A stretch of 63,999 nt of DNA, filler included, from Circinaria calcarea (GCA_051942165.1; 8 parts of 8 records of this genome joined end to end with filler, not necessarily neighbours in it); one strand, 5' to 3'; shown: positions 11,061 through 21,244, counted from the whole stretch's first letter. The notes: generated by a model from the letters alone, not told the origin. Program-made: numbers and translations.

Positions 11061-13117
11061 TCAATCTTGGTAGCAGAGGTAACTTTGGCGGCGGATAAGC
11101 GCGTAATTCAGTAAGCCTTCAACATTGCGATGTTGTCTCTCTATAGCCAAAGATAGAGGTGTCTCTTTGGCCCTGTTTTCTGTCTCGATTCTGGCTCCGT
11201 GGTCCAACAACACTCGTACCACGCCGATTCTGCCCCGCCGGGCAGCTTTGTGGAGTGCCGTATCCAGATATTGAGTCCGGAGTTCGACGTCCGCCTTCCC
11301 GTCCCTTAATAATGATTGCGCCACTGCCTCATGTCCTTTCTCGGCCGCTATGTGCAGCGGAGTCCAAACAGCATTGCTGAGCCCCGAAGATTCCCGGTAA
11401 CATGCCTTGACATTGGGGCCGGCGCCCATCTTCAGTAAGAACTGTACCAACGTCGAATGGCCACCAAAGGAAGCATGATGCAGTGCAGTCCACGTTGTCT
11501 TATCAGTTGCCTCTATATCTGCCCCCTGCTCTAAGAGTAATCGCACCACCGGTACATGACCTTCCCTGGCTGCCTCGAGCAGCGCTGTCCTTCCAGATTC
11601 GTCGGAGCTTTCAATATCTGCCCCATGGTCCAGGAGCAATCGTACCACCATTTCAAACCCATTTGACGCCGCTGCTTGTAGAACTCTTTTAGATGATGAA
11701 TCTGCAGTGTTCACGTCGGCACCCCATTCTAGCAACAGCTGTACAGCTGCTTCATTCCCTTTGATTACAGCGCTATTAAACGTTTCACTCCTCACGACAG
11801 CACCGCTCCGCAGTAGTAATTCGACCATGGTTATGTGCCCGTGAGCAGCTGCTCTGTAAAGTGGTGTCCTGTGAAAAGAGCTACCTTCCTTGATGTTTGC
11901 CCCTTTCTCCAGGAGCAGCTCCACAACCTCAATGTGCCCCATACTCGCTGCTATACACAGCGGTGAATCTTCACCCCTTCCTCTTTCTATGTTGGCTCCT
12001 ATTCTCAGCAGCTCTTGTACTTTTGGTAGATTCCCATCTCTCGCAGCATCGTACAGGCTATCGTCCAAACCGAAAGCTCGGACAAGTAAGGAAGTCAATC
12101 GCGAGGCACGCTTGGATTTGCCATAGACCTTAGGAGAAACCTTTGGACCTCGGACTGTTTTACTCCGGGTACGTCTGATTGCAATTTTTTCTATTGGTCC
12201 CTCTAAAGTTGTGAATTGCGTAAGTTGCGGATTATGCAGATTTAAAGATCCTGCATCAGAACCAGCCGGTGGATTGAACCCCTCTGCGTTGATTTGGCTA
12301 GCAGACGAAGACCCTAGCTTTTGAATGGCCTGGCCTGATCCATTTCCAACATGATGAGTACTTGAAACGGTATCGGGTTCTGCATCAGGTATTTCTTCGT
12401 CGAAAGCTCCGGTAGCTATGGATTGCTTAAACCACTCAATGATAAAGGTTTTGTTAGCTTCAAACGCGGCCACTGTTACCCCGATATCGTCCAACTCTTT
12501 CCGGATACTACGCCAGATCTCTTTCTCGTCCGTGCTTAATGATTCCACTGTCTGATTACTAATAACCGAGCCTTCATGTTTCCCATCTCGGAATTCTTGC
12601 AAGAACTTGTTGAGGGTTCTTTCAACCGTAAGCTGAGATGTGCTAATGTATCTATGGTTAGCTCATGCACGACTAAGATACTCATTTAGTAATACCAGGA
12701 ACCCGTAAGGAATACATTGACACCCTGCCTGATAAAAGCCGTAAGCAAAACTGTATTCGATGTTAATCGGGACCGCAGTTCCGCAATGTTCTGCAGCCCC
12801 CATCCCAGCTGATCCCATGCTCGTTTGCTTTTAGTATCAAGACTCTCGTACTTTTTGATAAGATCTTGTAGATCTTCCAGAATACCTTCATAGCCGTCCT
12901 TCAGCGTTGAAAGCCGTGCGGACTGCGCAGCGGATATACTTCCATCATCTCCATCAGACAATATCTCTCCGACTTCCTTAAGAACCGCGTGCAAAGACAA
13001 GACCTCGAGGAAGATGTTGCTGAAGCTCCCCGGTGCGTCCTTGCATGATCGGTAGACGTTCCACGCGAGGTGTCCAACGGTGATGAAGTCGCCTATGGAA
13101 TAGCCCAAACTAACCAT
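11061..13117 (-). CDS. Fungal HeLo-like/SesA-type N-terminal domain plus ankyrin-repeat protein (no NACHT)
   Basis: The N-terminus GYSIGDFITVGHLAWNVYRSCKDAPGSF...EVLSLHAVL is typical of the fungal STAND N-terminal domain. A WRSIRKELDDIG helical block is followed by about 9-10 ankyrin repeats. Predicted intron 12728-12643. Confidence 0.85.
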
Positions 13118-14394
13118 GAATTTGCACTGGGAGAGTCTGTAATATAGTCAAATTCTGGCTTGGGCTCAGCGGAAGCCAATGTACTATATAACGTAACGGA
13201 CAGAAACAAAACAAGGCTGGGAAGAGAGAGACCAAGTCGTAAACTTGAAAACGGGCAGCGCTACGGTGACGATACAATTTGAAGGAGGCTTGAGAAAGGG
13301 CTACACATTCTGTGAATCCTTCTAGATCACTATCGGGTATGATTGTAGGTTGGGATTCAGCCTGATGCACAATTCCCACGAGTACGAGGTCGATGTGACG
13401 AGAATTCTCAACTGACTTGGGAGTCCAGGGAGCGATTCCGAGCACTATTGGCACCGACCTCGTAGTTCTCTCCAGGAAATCATTTTACAGGATGAAGTTA
13501 CGGAAATGATAAGAGCTTACTCCTACTTACCAATAACTAGGAGTTGTTCTAAGTTCTATACTTGGCATGGAAACCCATATCGCGTTGTGGAGCTTAGTCA
13601 GCACCTGCCCATATTTAGTCTTCCCCACCACTTAGACTTAGCAACCACCAATCAACCAAGTTACCCTCCATAGCATAGTCCCTCTCTGCATAGGGTTACA
13701 GCGTGTATCCTATCTACCCAAAGTCGCAGTTCAGAAAGGGCGCAGATACAGAGCGTTCCTCCCAACTTATCTCTAGTCCGAATCCATTAATGACTTAGCG
13801 GGATGACGCAAAGGTTCTTTTGATTGCGTGGGTCGTGTGTTCGGAAAGGTGGGGGAAGAGCAGGGTGGTGGCAATAGCGATTGCGTATAATTTCTTTCCC
13901 ATCACTAGATTCTGAGATAGCCGAAGACACTCCCAAACAACTACCACCATGGTGGACGCCCGAAGGCTGAGTTGACTAGGGGCCTAAGGACGTTATACGC
14001 GCAGAGATCCCTGAAGTTTGATAGGTTCTCCGTGGGCGCATACAAGTGTTTATGTTGATCGGTCGCATCTTGGCTTGCACGAACCAGTTGCTGGCGTGCA
14101 CACCGCTCAGTCCGCATAAGCTCCCCACCCGGGGAAGGAGTCCACATTATGTCAAAGTTGTGACTGGTTGCATCAAATGCAACTTGAGATGGAGGTGCTC
14201 CATTACAAGCCTCCGGGACCAGGATGCTCGTCAGATAGGTACCCGCCAAAGTGGTTGATCAACATGCAAGTTAAGGTAAGTATCAGGCTCCGCAGGTGAC
14301 CGGCGACTAACTGGCTCCTTTCTTCCTTCGTCCTTCCCCAACCATCCTCACCCTCCCCCCTCCGCCCCCTGGAGACCGTTTACAAGTCGTGGTC

Positions 14395-14465
14395 ATGGAT
14401 GTGGTCAACGGTCACGGCTATCGTCGCGGTCACGGTCATAGTCACGGTTACGGGTCATGGTCATG
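14395..14465 (+). repeat. Degenerate hexamer repeat (GGTCAY)n
   Basis: ggtcacggct...ggtcacggtcatagtcacggttacgggtcatggtcat. Confidence 0.6.
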
Positions 14466-14469
14466 AGGC

Positions 14470-15060
14470 ATGTATACCGAAGTTTTTAGCGTATAATACA
14501 GGGGTATTATAACCCGTCTGATGTATTTTGGTGATTTTGAACAGTATATTATAGGCGAAGGTATATTATAGGAAAATTAGCGTAAAAAGAATTTTTTTTT
14601 CGAATGGCAAAAACCCACAGAATAAGGAACCCGTCCATTTTCTCATACAAAATGTAAGGGCTCTACCCGAGAACCCCTACGAATCCTACGGGTGAACTAT
14701 ACACCGAGGTCACGAGGTATTGGTTTAGCGAGAAAGGTTTTCCTCGCGAAGCGTTACACGAGAATTCTTTAGTAATAATTCATACGCTATACGAACCAAT
14801 TGAGCACATTATCACACAGTTTACCGACCCTTATTCGTAAGATCATTATACTACTCGTAAAGGATCCTTACAAGAGCACGCAGCATAGCATGGAAAGAGC
14901 ACGTAGTATACCAGTCCTCTGTATATGCGTAGAGAGCATATAATTGAGCATTTTACGACCTTCTTAAAAAGGTAAGAGCTATGGTAAGGCCAAAAATGGA
15001 TAGAAAGCTAGGCCGAAAAGCGTAAAAAACTAAACCCTTTACGGCCACTTTAAGTATTTC
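14470..15060. mobile_element. AT/TpA-rich ORF-less segment, possible RIP-degraded transposon relic
   Basis: Abrupt shift to TpA-rich sequence, a duplicated GTATATTATAGG, and no ORF of 60 aa or more in the track. No transposase motif was recognised. Confidence 0.4.
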
Positions 15061-15617
15061 GCTGCAACTCCAGCAGAATTTTGCTCGGTTCGGACAGGGT
15101 CGTGCCCAGATTTAAACCCTTCCACTCATTCTTCGTTTCAGGGCATGCGAGTCTGTGCTCCGCGCACTGCGAGGTTGCCTTTTTGCCTTTTTGCGGGAAG
15201 CAGGATGCCCGTAGCCTCCGCGGAGCCTCACTATGCCAGGAAAGGTATGGTAGGGACACTACTGCCGCCGCTCGGTTTGGTAAGCTAGCGAGGATGCCTA
15301 CGTACCGGAAGTTCGCCATAGGGCAACCCATTTAAGGCGATTATTGAGGTTAATTCTAGTGGCGCTTTAAATCCGTATGCCATCTCAATCAAATCAACTA
15401 CATTTTGCTGCAACACCATATCATGATAACTCTTATGATCCTTTATCATCCTTGCTATGGTAGGTGTCATTGAGGTGCAGAATCCAGTCCACTAAACATG
15501 CATTCCGTACTCTGGTTTTGTACATATAGCTCATAGAATCCCCAACGTCTACCTTATTCCCTATCTCTACCAGCTTCATTTCAACCTCTATTTCCCTTGC
15601 ACCGCGATTATTACATA

Positions 15618-16040
15618 ATGGAACTCGCCGGCTTTGACGACTATCCTGAGATATTCGAGATCGACTGGAGCTTGGATCCCCTAGGCATCGCTACCACACC
15701 TCACAGGGATCCTTCCGAGCATAACATGGCCACTCCCATTTCGGCCCAAGACCCTTCTAGCCCATCCGCCTTTAACGACGTGGAGAAGGGAACTGTAGGA
15801 GTACAGTCCGGGGAAGCATCACAGAGCCCTCCCAAGCTTGCCTTCGCGCTGCCTCCGCCGTTGACGCCGACAGATGATAGGCAAGCAGTCATGCCATCGA
15901 GTCTAACCCCAGAGATAGAAGATCAAGCCAGTCCCGAGTCGAAGCGGCGACCACGTATCAGCCCGGCCAAGTGGGAGCAGATCCGACCTGCCTTTACCGC
16001 TCTTTATCGAGATCAATACAAGACCCTTGCGGAAACGAGA
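15618..16040 (+). CDS. Clr5-domain protein, 3'-truncated
   Basis: A disordered N-terminus is followed by AKWEQIRPAFTALYRDQYKTLAETR, which fits the start of the Clr5 domain (W..hk..i..LY....ktL.ev). Confidence 0.7.
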
Positions 16041-16140
16041 NNNNNNNNNNNNNNNNNNNNNNNNNNNNNNNNNNNNNNNNNNNNTTAATTAATTAANNNN
16101 NNNNNNNNNNNNNNNNNNNNNNNNNNNNNNNNNNNNNNNN
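16041..16140. other. Artificial contig-joining linker
   Basis: Same 100-nt spacer. Confidence 0.98.
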
Positions 16141-16142
16141 AT

Positions 16143-19100
16143 TCCCCTTTTCTTTGCGGCTTAGGTCTTGCCGGCTCAGGTCCAGATACTTACATTGCTA
16201 AAATCTGTATGACATATCTGAATTTCGATGATTTCCAGGAAGGTCCCTGTGGTTCCTGGCAGGTACTAGCGGAGCGGAAAGGCATGTATCCTTTTTACGA
16301 CTACGCCTCGCGTAACTGGCACACTCACATCAAGAGCCAAGACGATATCAAAAAGGGTTTCCAGGTGCTTAGACATCTAATCGAGCCTCGATCTCCCAAA
16401 TTGTTGTCCTGGGGGGAGGCAGCCGGGATTAAAGACATACATGCAGCGAACAACGCCATTGACCTCGCAAATAAGGCTAGTATAGTATGGCTTGCTGGAA
16501 TCGACTTGGGAAACACTCTATTCACGAGAGAGCAAGTGGAGGCGGCCTCTGGAAACCTAAGAAATGGTTACGAACAAATAGAGACGGTTCTTCAAGCAGG
16601 CACCGCAGCTATCACCAATGGGGCTAAAGAAGCAATAGCGAGAATTGGTAGTGAAAAGCTCGTCAAGCTCTTGCTCGAAAGTTATCCCGACACCCTGATC
16701 ACAAAGTCGATGCTTTTTGCAGCCGCAGCGAATCAAAAGAATGGCCGCGATGTTATGAAATTACTACTTTCCGCATGTGATTACGACTGCAGCGAAGCCA
16801 TAACAGACCTGGTCATAGAGGCTGTGAAGAATCCTGTCAGCGGCAAGGAGATCCTAGGACTATTGTTGAACGTGGAGAAGTTTAATATCACAGAACGTGC
16901 GGTTGTCGAAATTATACGACACTTCAAGCGAGACGATATAGAATCACTGCTGGGTGAAAGAGATGATGTTCATATCACAGAGGATATATTTACGGAGATA
17001 ATACAACGATTTGAGCCCAATGATATAAGAGCCCTGCTAAATGATTGGGATAGTATCAAGATCACGGAAGGCATGATTATAGAAACAATACAGCTGTTTG
17101 AGCTCAAGAAAATTGAAGCGGTCCTAGGTGAATGGGATGATGTCAAGATCACAGAGGCAGTAGTAGCCGCCGCGACAGTTCAGATGCCCATCGGCGTGAA
17201 GGTTATAAAACAAGTACTGAGCAAAGATAACCTGGAAATTACCCCCAGCGCCATGGTGGCAATTGCTAGTACGTTTGAAGTGGAACTAGTCGAGTTGCTG
17301 TTAGGCAGACATGATACCCAAATCAGTGATGAGGTGGTAATAGAATGTGCAAGAAGATTCGATGCTAAGATTGTAGAGTTATCGATGGAAAGGAGAATGA
17401 ACATGCGGATTACAGAAGCAGTAGTGGAAGCAGCGGTCTGCAACCTGGGATACGCTAAGGAAGTGCTAGACTTACTCCTAATTAGAAGCGACATCCAGAT
17501 CACAGAATCATTACTAAAGACGGCAGCAGGTCGCGACGAGGAGGTAATGGCATGTCTTTTAAGCAGAGCAGAGGTCAAAATCACTGAGGCAGTGTTGGAA
17601 GTAGCCGCGAGAAACGAAGAACATGGCGGGGAGTTGATGGAGTTGCTGCTAAACAGAAGCAATGTGCCAATTACAGAATCGACAATAAAGGCGGCGGCAG
17701 GCAATGAAAGGTCCGGCATGGAGGTTTTATGCACGATCTTAGGAATCCGGGGTGTGATAGACGTTCATATCACAAGTGTGGTATTGGAAACAGCGGCTGG
17801 AAATAAAAATCGAGGTGATGAAATGATGCAGTTATTGCTAGGCAAAGATGATTCGCAAATTACAGACATGGTTTTGGCAGCAGCGTATTCTAACAAGCTA
17901 AGGGGAATCTACGTCATCGAGACGTTGCTAGAAAAATGTGGCATCTATCTCCTTGAACGGATAGACAAGTGGGTAAATAAGCAGCCCAAGCTGGTGAAAA
18001 AAGAGGCAAGCAAGGCGCTCGAGCAGGTAATGATAATTGCAGCATCCAAAGGGCATGAAGACACCGTAAAGATGCTGTTAGAGAACGGTGCTGATGTTCA
18101 AGCGGAGCTGGCAGGTTCTCATATGACTGCGCTTCACTGTGCCGCAAAAGAAGGCCATGAGAGAGTAGTGAGGCTCCTAATAGAAAGACGTGCTGATGTT
18201 CAAGCGAGGGAGTTATCCTCTCGCAAGACTGCGCTGCACTTGGCCGCTGCAAGGGGCCATGGACCAGTGGTAGACCTGCTACTGTTCAGTGGAGCCGATA
18301 TCCGAGTGGAGGAGGCAGAGTCTCGCAAGACAGCACTGCACTTTGCCGCAGAAGAAGGCCATAAGGATGTGGTGGAGCTGCTGCTGAAAAATGGCGCTGA
18401 CTTCCAGGCAAAGGATAAAGACCAAAAGACGGCGTTAGATTGGGCATTTACAAACTATCAACTAGTGGTGATGGAAGTTTTATTGGCGCAAAAAGCAAAG
18501 GAATATCTTGGACGACTTACATTGCCCGAAATACCCACCTCAGACTTAGGGCTAAATAGCCTAATGCAGCTCATGGTACATAAGAGACACGCTATTGTGG
18601 CAACCAGAAAAGAAGCGCCCATATTACATATGGTAGCTTGCTCCGGTAACAAGGGGACGACGCTTCAACTACTGCACGAAAAGTTTGATCTCAACGCAAT
18701 TGATGACTTCGGGACGCCGCTGCATTGGGCGGCCCGTGCCGGAGCCGAGAGTGTCGTTCGGCTCTTGCTAGATATGGGTGCTAATATCCACGCAAACGGT
18801 AGATTTGGGACGGCCCTACACTGGGCAGCTCAAATGGGTCATCAATTTGTGGTGCAGCTTTTGCTGAAGAAAGGGGCTGACGTTGCAGCTGTGAATTTCT
18901 CGAAAGAGACCGCTCTGCACTTAGCGGCGTGGAACGGGCATGAAGCTGTTGTACGGGTGCTTGCGGAGAGTGGTGCTGATATTTCAGCAACGTCCTCTCA
19001 CGGAAACACAGCACTGGATCTCGCAAGAAAACGACCACAACGGATCGATATCGATACATCAGCTGTGGAACTGATGTTGTACAATATGCTCCCCTCCCAA

Positions 19101-19187
19101 AACCTTCGCAGAGCCCACCCAGAGGCTAGAGACTTTCATAAGCTCTCGATTAAGCAGACCAAGCCTCCGTTAGTGCAGGATTGTTAG
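16143..19187 (+). CDS. C-terminal part of an NLR-like (probably NACHT) protein: post-NOD helical region, ITExxxxAAAxN repeats and ankyrin repeats; 5'-truncated
   Basis: The frame is open to the contig start. YIAKICMTYL...YPFYDYASRNWHTH is the usual post-NACHT signature. There are more than 10 ITEAVxxAAAGN-type helical repeats (DUF7104-like, from memory), then two ankyrin blocks. Confidence 0.85.
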   Translation, partial: SPFLCGLGLAGSGPDTYIAKICMTYLNFDDFQEGPCGSWQVLAERKGMYPFYDYASRNWHTHIKSQDDIKKGFQVLRHLIEPRSPKLLSWGEAAGIKDIHAANNAIDLANKASIVWLAGIDLGNTLFTREQVEAASGNLRNGYEQIETVLQAGTAAITNGAKEAIARIGSEKLVKLLLESYPDTLITKSMLFAAAANQKNGRDVMKLLLSACDYDCSEAITDLVIEAVKNPVSGKEILGLLLNVEKFNITERAVVEIIRHFKRDDIESLLGERDDVHITEDIFTEIIQRFEPNDIRALLNDWDSIKITEGMIIETIQLFELKKIEAVLGEWDDVKITEAVVAAATVQMPIGVKVIKQVLSKDNLEITPSAMVAIASTFEVELVELLLGRHDTQISDEVVIECARRFDAKIVELSMERRMNMRITEAVVEAAVCNLGYAKEVLDLLLIRSDIQITESLLKTAAGRDEEVMACLLSRAEVKITEAVLEVAARNEEHGGELMELLLNRSNVPITESTIKAAAGNERSGMEVLCTILGIRGVIDVHITSVVLETAAGNKNRGDEMMQLLLGKDDSQITDMVLAAAYSNKLRGIYVIETLLEKCGIYLLERIDKWVNKQPKLVKKEASKALEQVMIIAASKGHEDTVKMLLENGADVQAELAGSHMTALHCAAKEGHERVVRLLIERRADVQARELSSRKTALHLAAARGHGPVVDLLLFSGADIRVEEAESRKTALHFAAEEGHKDVVELLLKNGADFQAKDKDQKTALDWAFTNYQLVVMEVLLAQKAKEYLGRLTLPEIPTSDLGLNSLMQLMVHKRHAIVATRKEAPILHMVACSGNKGTTLQLLHEKFDLNAIDDFGTPLHWAARAGAESVVRLLLDMGANIHANGRFGTALHWAAQMGHQFVVQLLLKKGADVAAVNFSKETALHLAAWNGHEAVVRVLAESGADISATSSHGNTALDLARKRPQRIDIDTSAVELMLYNMLPSQNLRRAHPEARDFHKLSIKQTKPPLVQDC

Positions 19188-19552
19188 TGTAACTACATAT
19201 TAGAAGGTGCGATGTTAACGCAGAGGAACTGCATCGACCTCAATACAAATTGCATAGTAGCATGAATCGAGTGGCATGAGGCCAAATCGTGATAGCTCTG
19301 GCCGCTACTCTAACTTTCCCATATCTTAGCAATCGAACTGCGACACATCCCAATACCAGGTCACAGTTTCTGAGAGCAATCGCAAAATGAAACTCAAGAT
19401 TCTGATGATTCTATCCGTTCCCGCTTCCAAGCAGATAACAACGATACCGCAAACGCCGTCCTTCTCAGACACCATAGTATTGTAAAGGGTAAAGCCAGCC
19501 CCCAACAATAGACCTCTAGGACGCCTGCGAACCCCGCAAATGCCACCCCAGA

Positions 19553-19870
19553 TCAGCGGCGCGACTTCGGCTTCGACTTCGACTTCGACTTCGGCTTCGA
19601 CTTCATTGGGTGACATTTAGGTACCGCCTTAAGGACCGGCATACCACCTTTGACGGCTCGAGTCCCGAGTTTCCCGTCGAGTTCCAATGGTATGAAGCGG
19701 CCTTTGAGTGGGTGTTCGCCGTCGAATCGTATGAAGAGTTCGCGTCCCACCTCCGATGGCATGAAGCGGGCCTGGAGTTCTCCTTGGGCTTTGGATGGGG
19801 TGATAAAGGCATTCGTCACGCGCAGGAAGAGAAGAATGAAGGCGGAGGTAGTGGCCTGAAGAAGCTTCAT
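19553..19870 (-). CDS. Small secreted protein with repeated F...LxxR units; 3' structure uncertain (possible GTATGC...CAG intron)
   Basis: Signal peptide MKLLQATTSAFILLFLRVTNA, four units ending LQAR/LFIR/LKGR/LGTR, and a TATA-like TTATAAA on the minus strand at about 20025-20031. Confidence 0.6.
   Translation of the reverse strand: MKLLQATTSAFILLFLRVTNAFITPSKAQGELQARFMPSEVGRELFIRFDGEHPLKGRFIPLELDGKLGTRAVKGGMPVLKAVPKCHPMKSKPKSKSKSKPKSRR
19562..19604. repeat. (CGACTT/CGGCTT)n hexamer microsatellite
   Basis: About 7 units read directly; may lie within an intron of the secreted-protein gene. Confidence 0.85.
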
Positions 19871-20190
19871 GGTTGCGGTTTGGAAATTTGGGTTGAGAGA
19901 GTCCGAAAACGTTATGCCGAAGAAAGCGGCGGTTTGATTGATAATAGGTTCTCTGGTATTGTTTTTGTGTTGTTGTTGTTGAAGAGGATGATTCGAATAT
20001 CAAGAACAGAGGGGACAGGCTACCTTTATAAACAACAAGTCCTTCCTACAATTTATTGCTAACAGCTATGCTACCTATGTGACCACCTCGGTTCGTCCTA
20101 TATAATCCAACACAGCTATCTTGGGGCTCCTAGAGACTAAGCGGTGGTTATCAAGCTAACCGTTGGATTGCATTGGTCAGGTCATCCTTT

Positions 20191-20374
20191 ATCCTACCCA
20201 ATCCAATCTATCCAAAACCTAACGGCGACTTTGTTTTTAAAATCCGGTTTTTCCCTTCATCATATTCAACCTAATTTAATATTTAGGTCGGGTTCTGGGT
20301 TGGATCGGCTGATTAAGGCTGGATCAAGTTTCAAATCTTTAAAGCCCCGACCCAGTTGATGGATTGGGTTGGAT
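20191..20374. mobile_element. MITE-like relic with imperfect terminal inverted repeats
   Basis: ATCCTACCCAATCCA (20191-20205) vs TGGATTGGGTTGGAT (20360-20374) gives a 14/15 inverted match around a noncoding, AT-rich core. No TSD identified. Confidence 0.4.
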
Positions 20375-20998
20375 TGAAAATTGATATTGAATGCGTGGTG
20401 TTAGGGAAAGATGGATTACTCTGGCAGGGCGAAGCTCGGGAACATGGTATAAGCTAGCAAGCGAATCCCTGCTATCCCCCCTGTGGCAGGCGCAGCCTAT
20501 AACAATTGATTTGTTCCATCCAATCCAACAGCCAGTCTAATTACCAAGCACGATTCCTTGGAAAGGGCATTGTCAGATAGCAGAAGAGGCTTTTTGTTGC
20601 TATTTATCCCGGCAGCGATATGAGTGTCGCTGTACTGCCGGGTCTGAGTTTGATATCTTCGGATCCTGGTGGAAACCAGAAGAGTTATGGGAGGTGTTTT
20701 CCTGGTTGGATCCGCAGGATCTAAGTATGGTAAGGAGGTCTATATAAGTCTTTGTATTTTCCACTTAGTGAGAAGCTTCATACTCAACTTCAAATATTAT
20801 TCTTCATTTGCTACTTCCCGCCGCAATCTCTACAGCGACCTTTTCATATTACATTAGACAATACCCTCTTATCACAATCCCTCTTATCACAGTTCCTAGG
20901 AAACACCTACTGGTATGGAGCTTCTCCTTCACTTTAATCGTTGTTGACATGGCTAACAAAGAAAGCCATCCTAAGATTTCAAAGAGTCGTCCAAAACT

Positions 20999-21244
20999 AT
21001 GCGTTCCACCGTAATCCTCGCCATCACGTTTGCTGCGATCGCAGCCGCCATACCTCATTCCGATCAAAGTTTAGAAACGAGGGCTAATCCCTGTTGTACC
21101 ACTCATCAGGATTGTCGAGACGCTGGTTGTGGGCCGAGATCGGAATGTCGTGGCATGGGCTTTGGTGGACAAGTTTATAATGTTTGCCTAAGTTCCCTTG
21201 GTCAAGGCGGTCAGGCTTCAATTTGGGCCCTCTGTGATGTCTAG
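20999..21244 (+). CDS. Small secreted cysteine-rich peptide (pre-pro-peptide)
   Basis: Signal MRSTVILAITFAAIAAA, pro-region ending LETR, and a mature region of about 53 aa with 7 Cys. TATATAA lies at about 20741. Confidence 0.75.
   Translation: MRSTVILAITFAAIAAAIPHSDQSLETRANPCCTTHQDCRDAGCGPRSECRGMGFGGQVYNVCLSSLGQGGQASIWALCDV

Noticed and set aside
15618..19187. Clr5 ORF and the downstream ankyrin ORF as one gene across the gap
   Set aside because: They lie on different contigs that are adjacent only because of length sorting.
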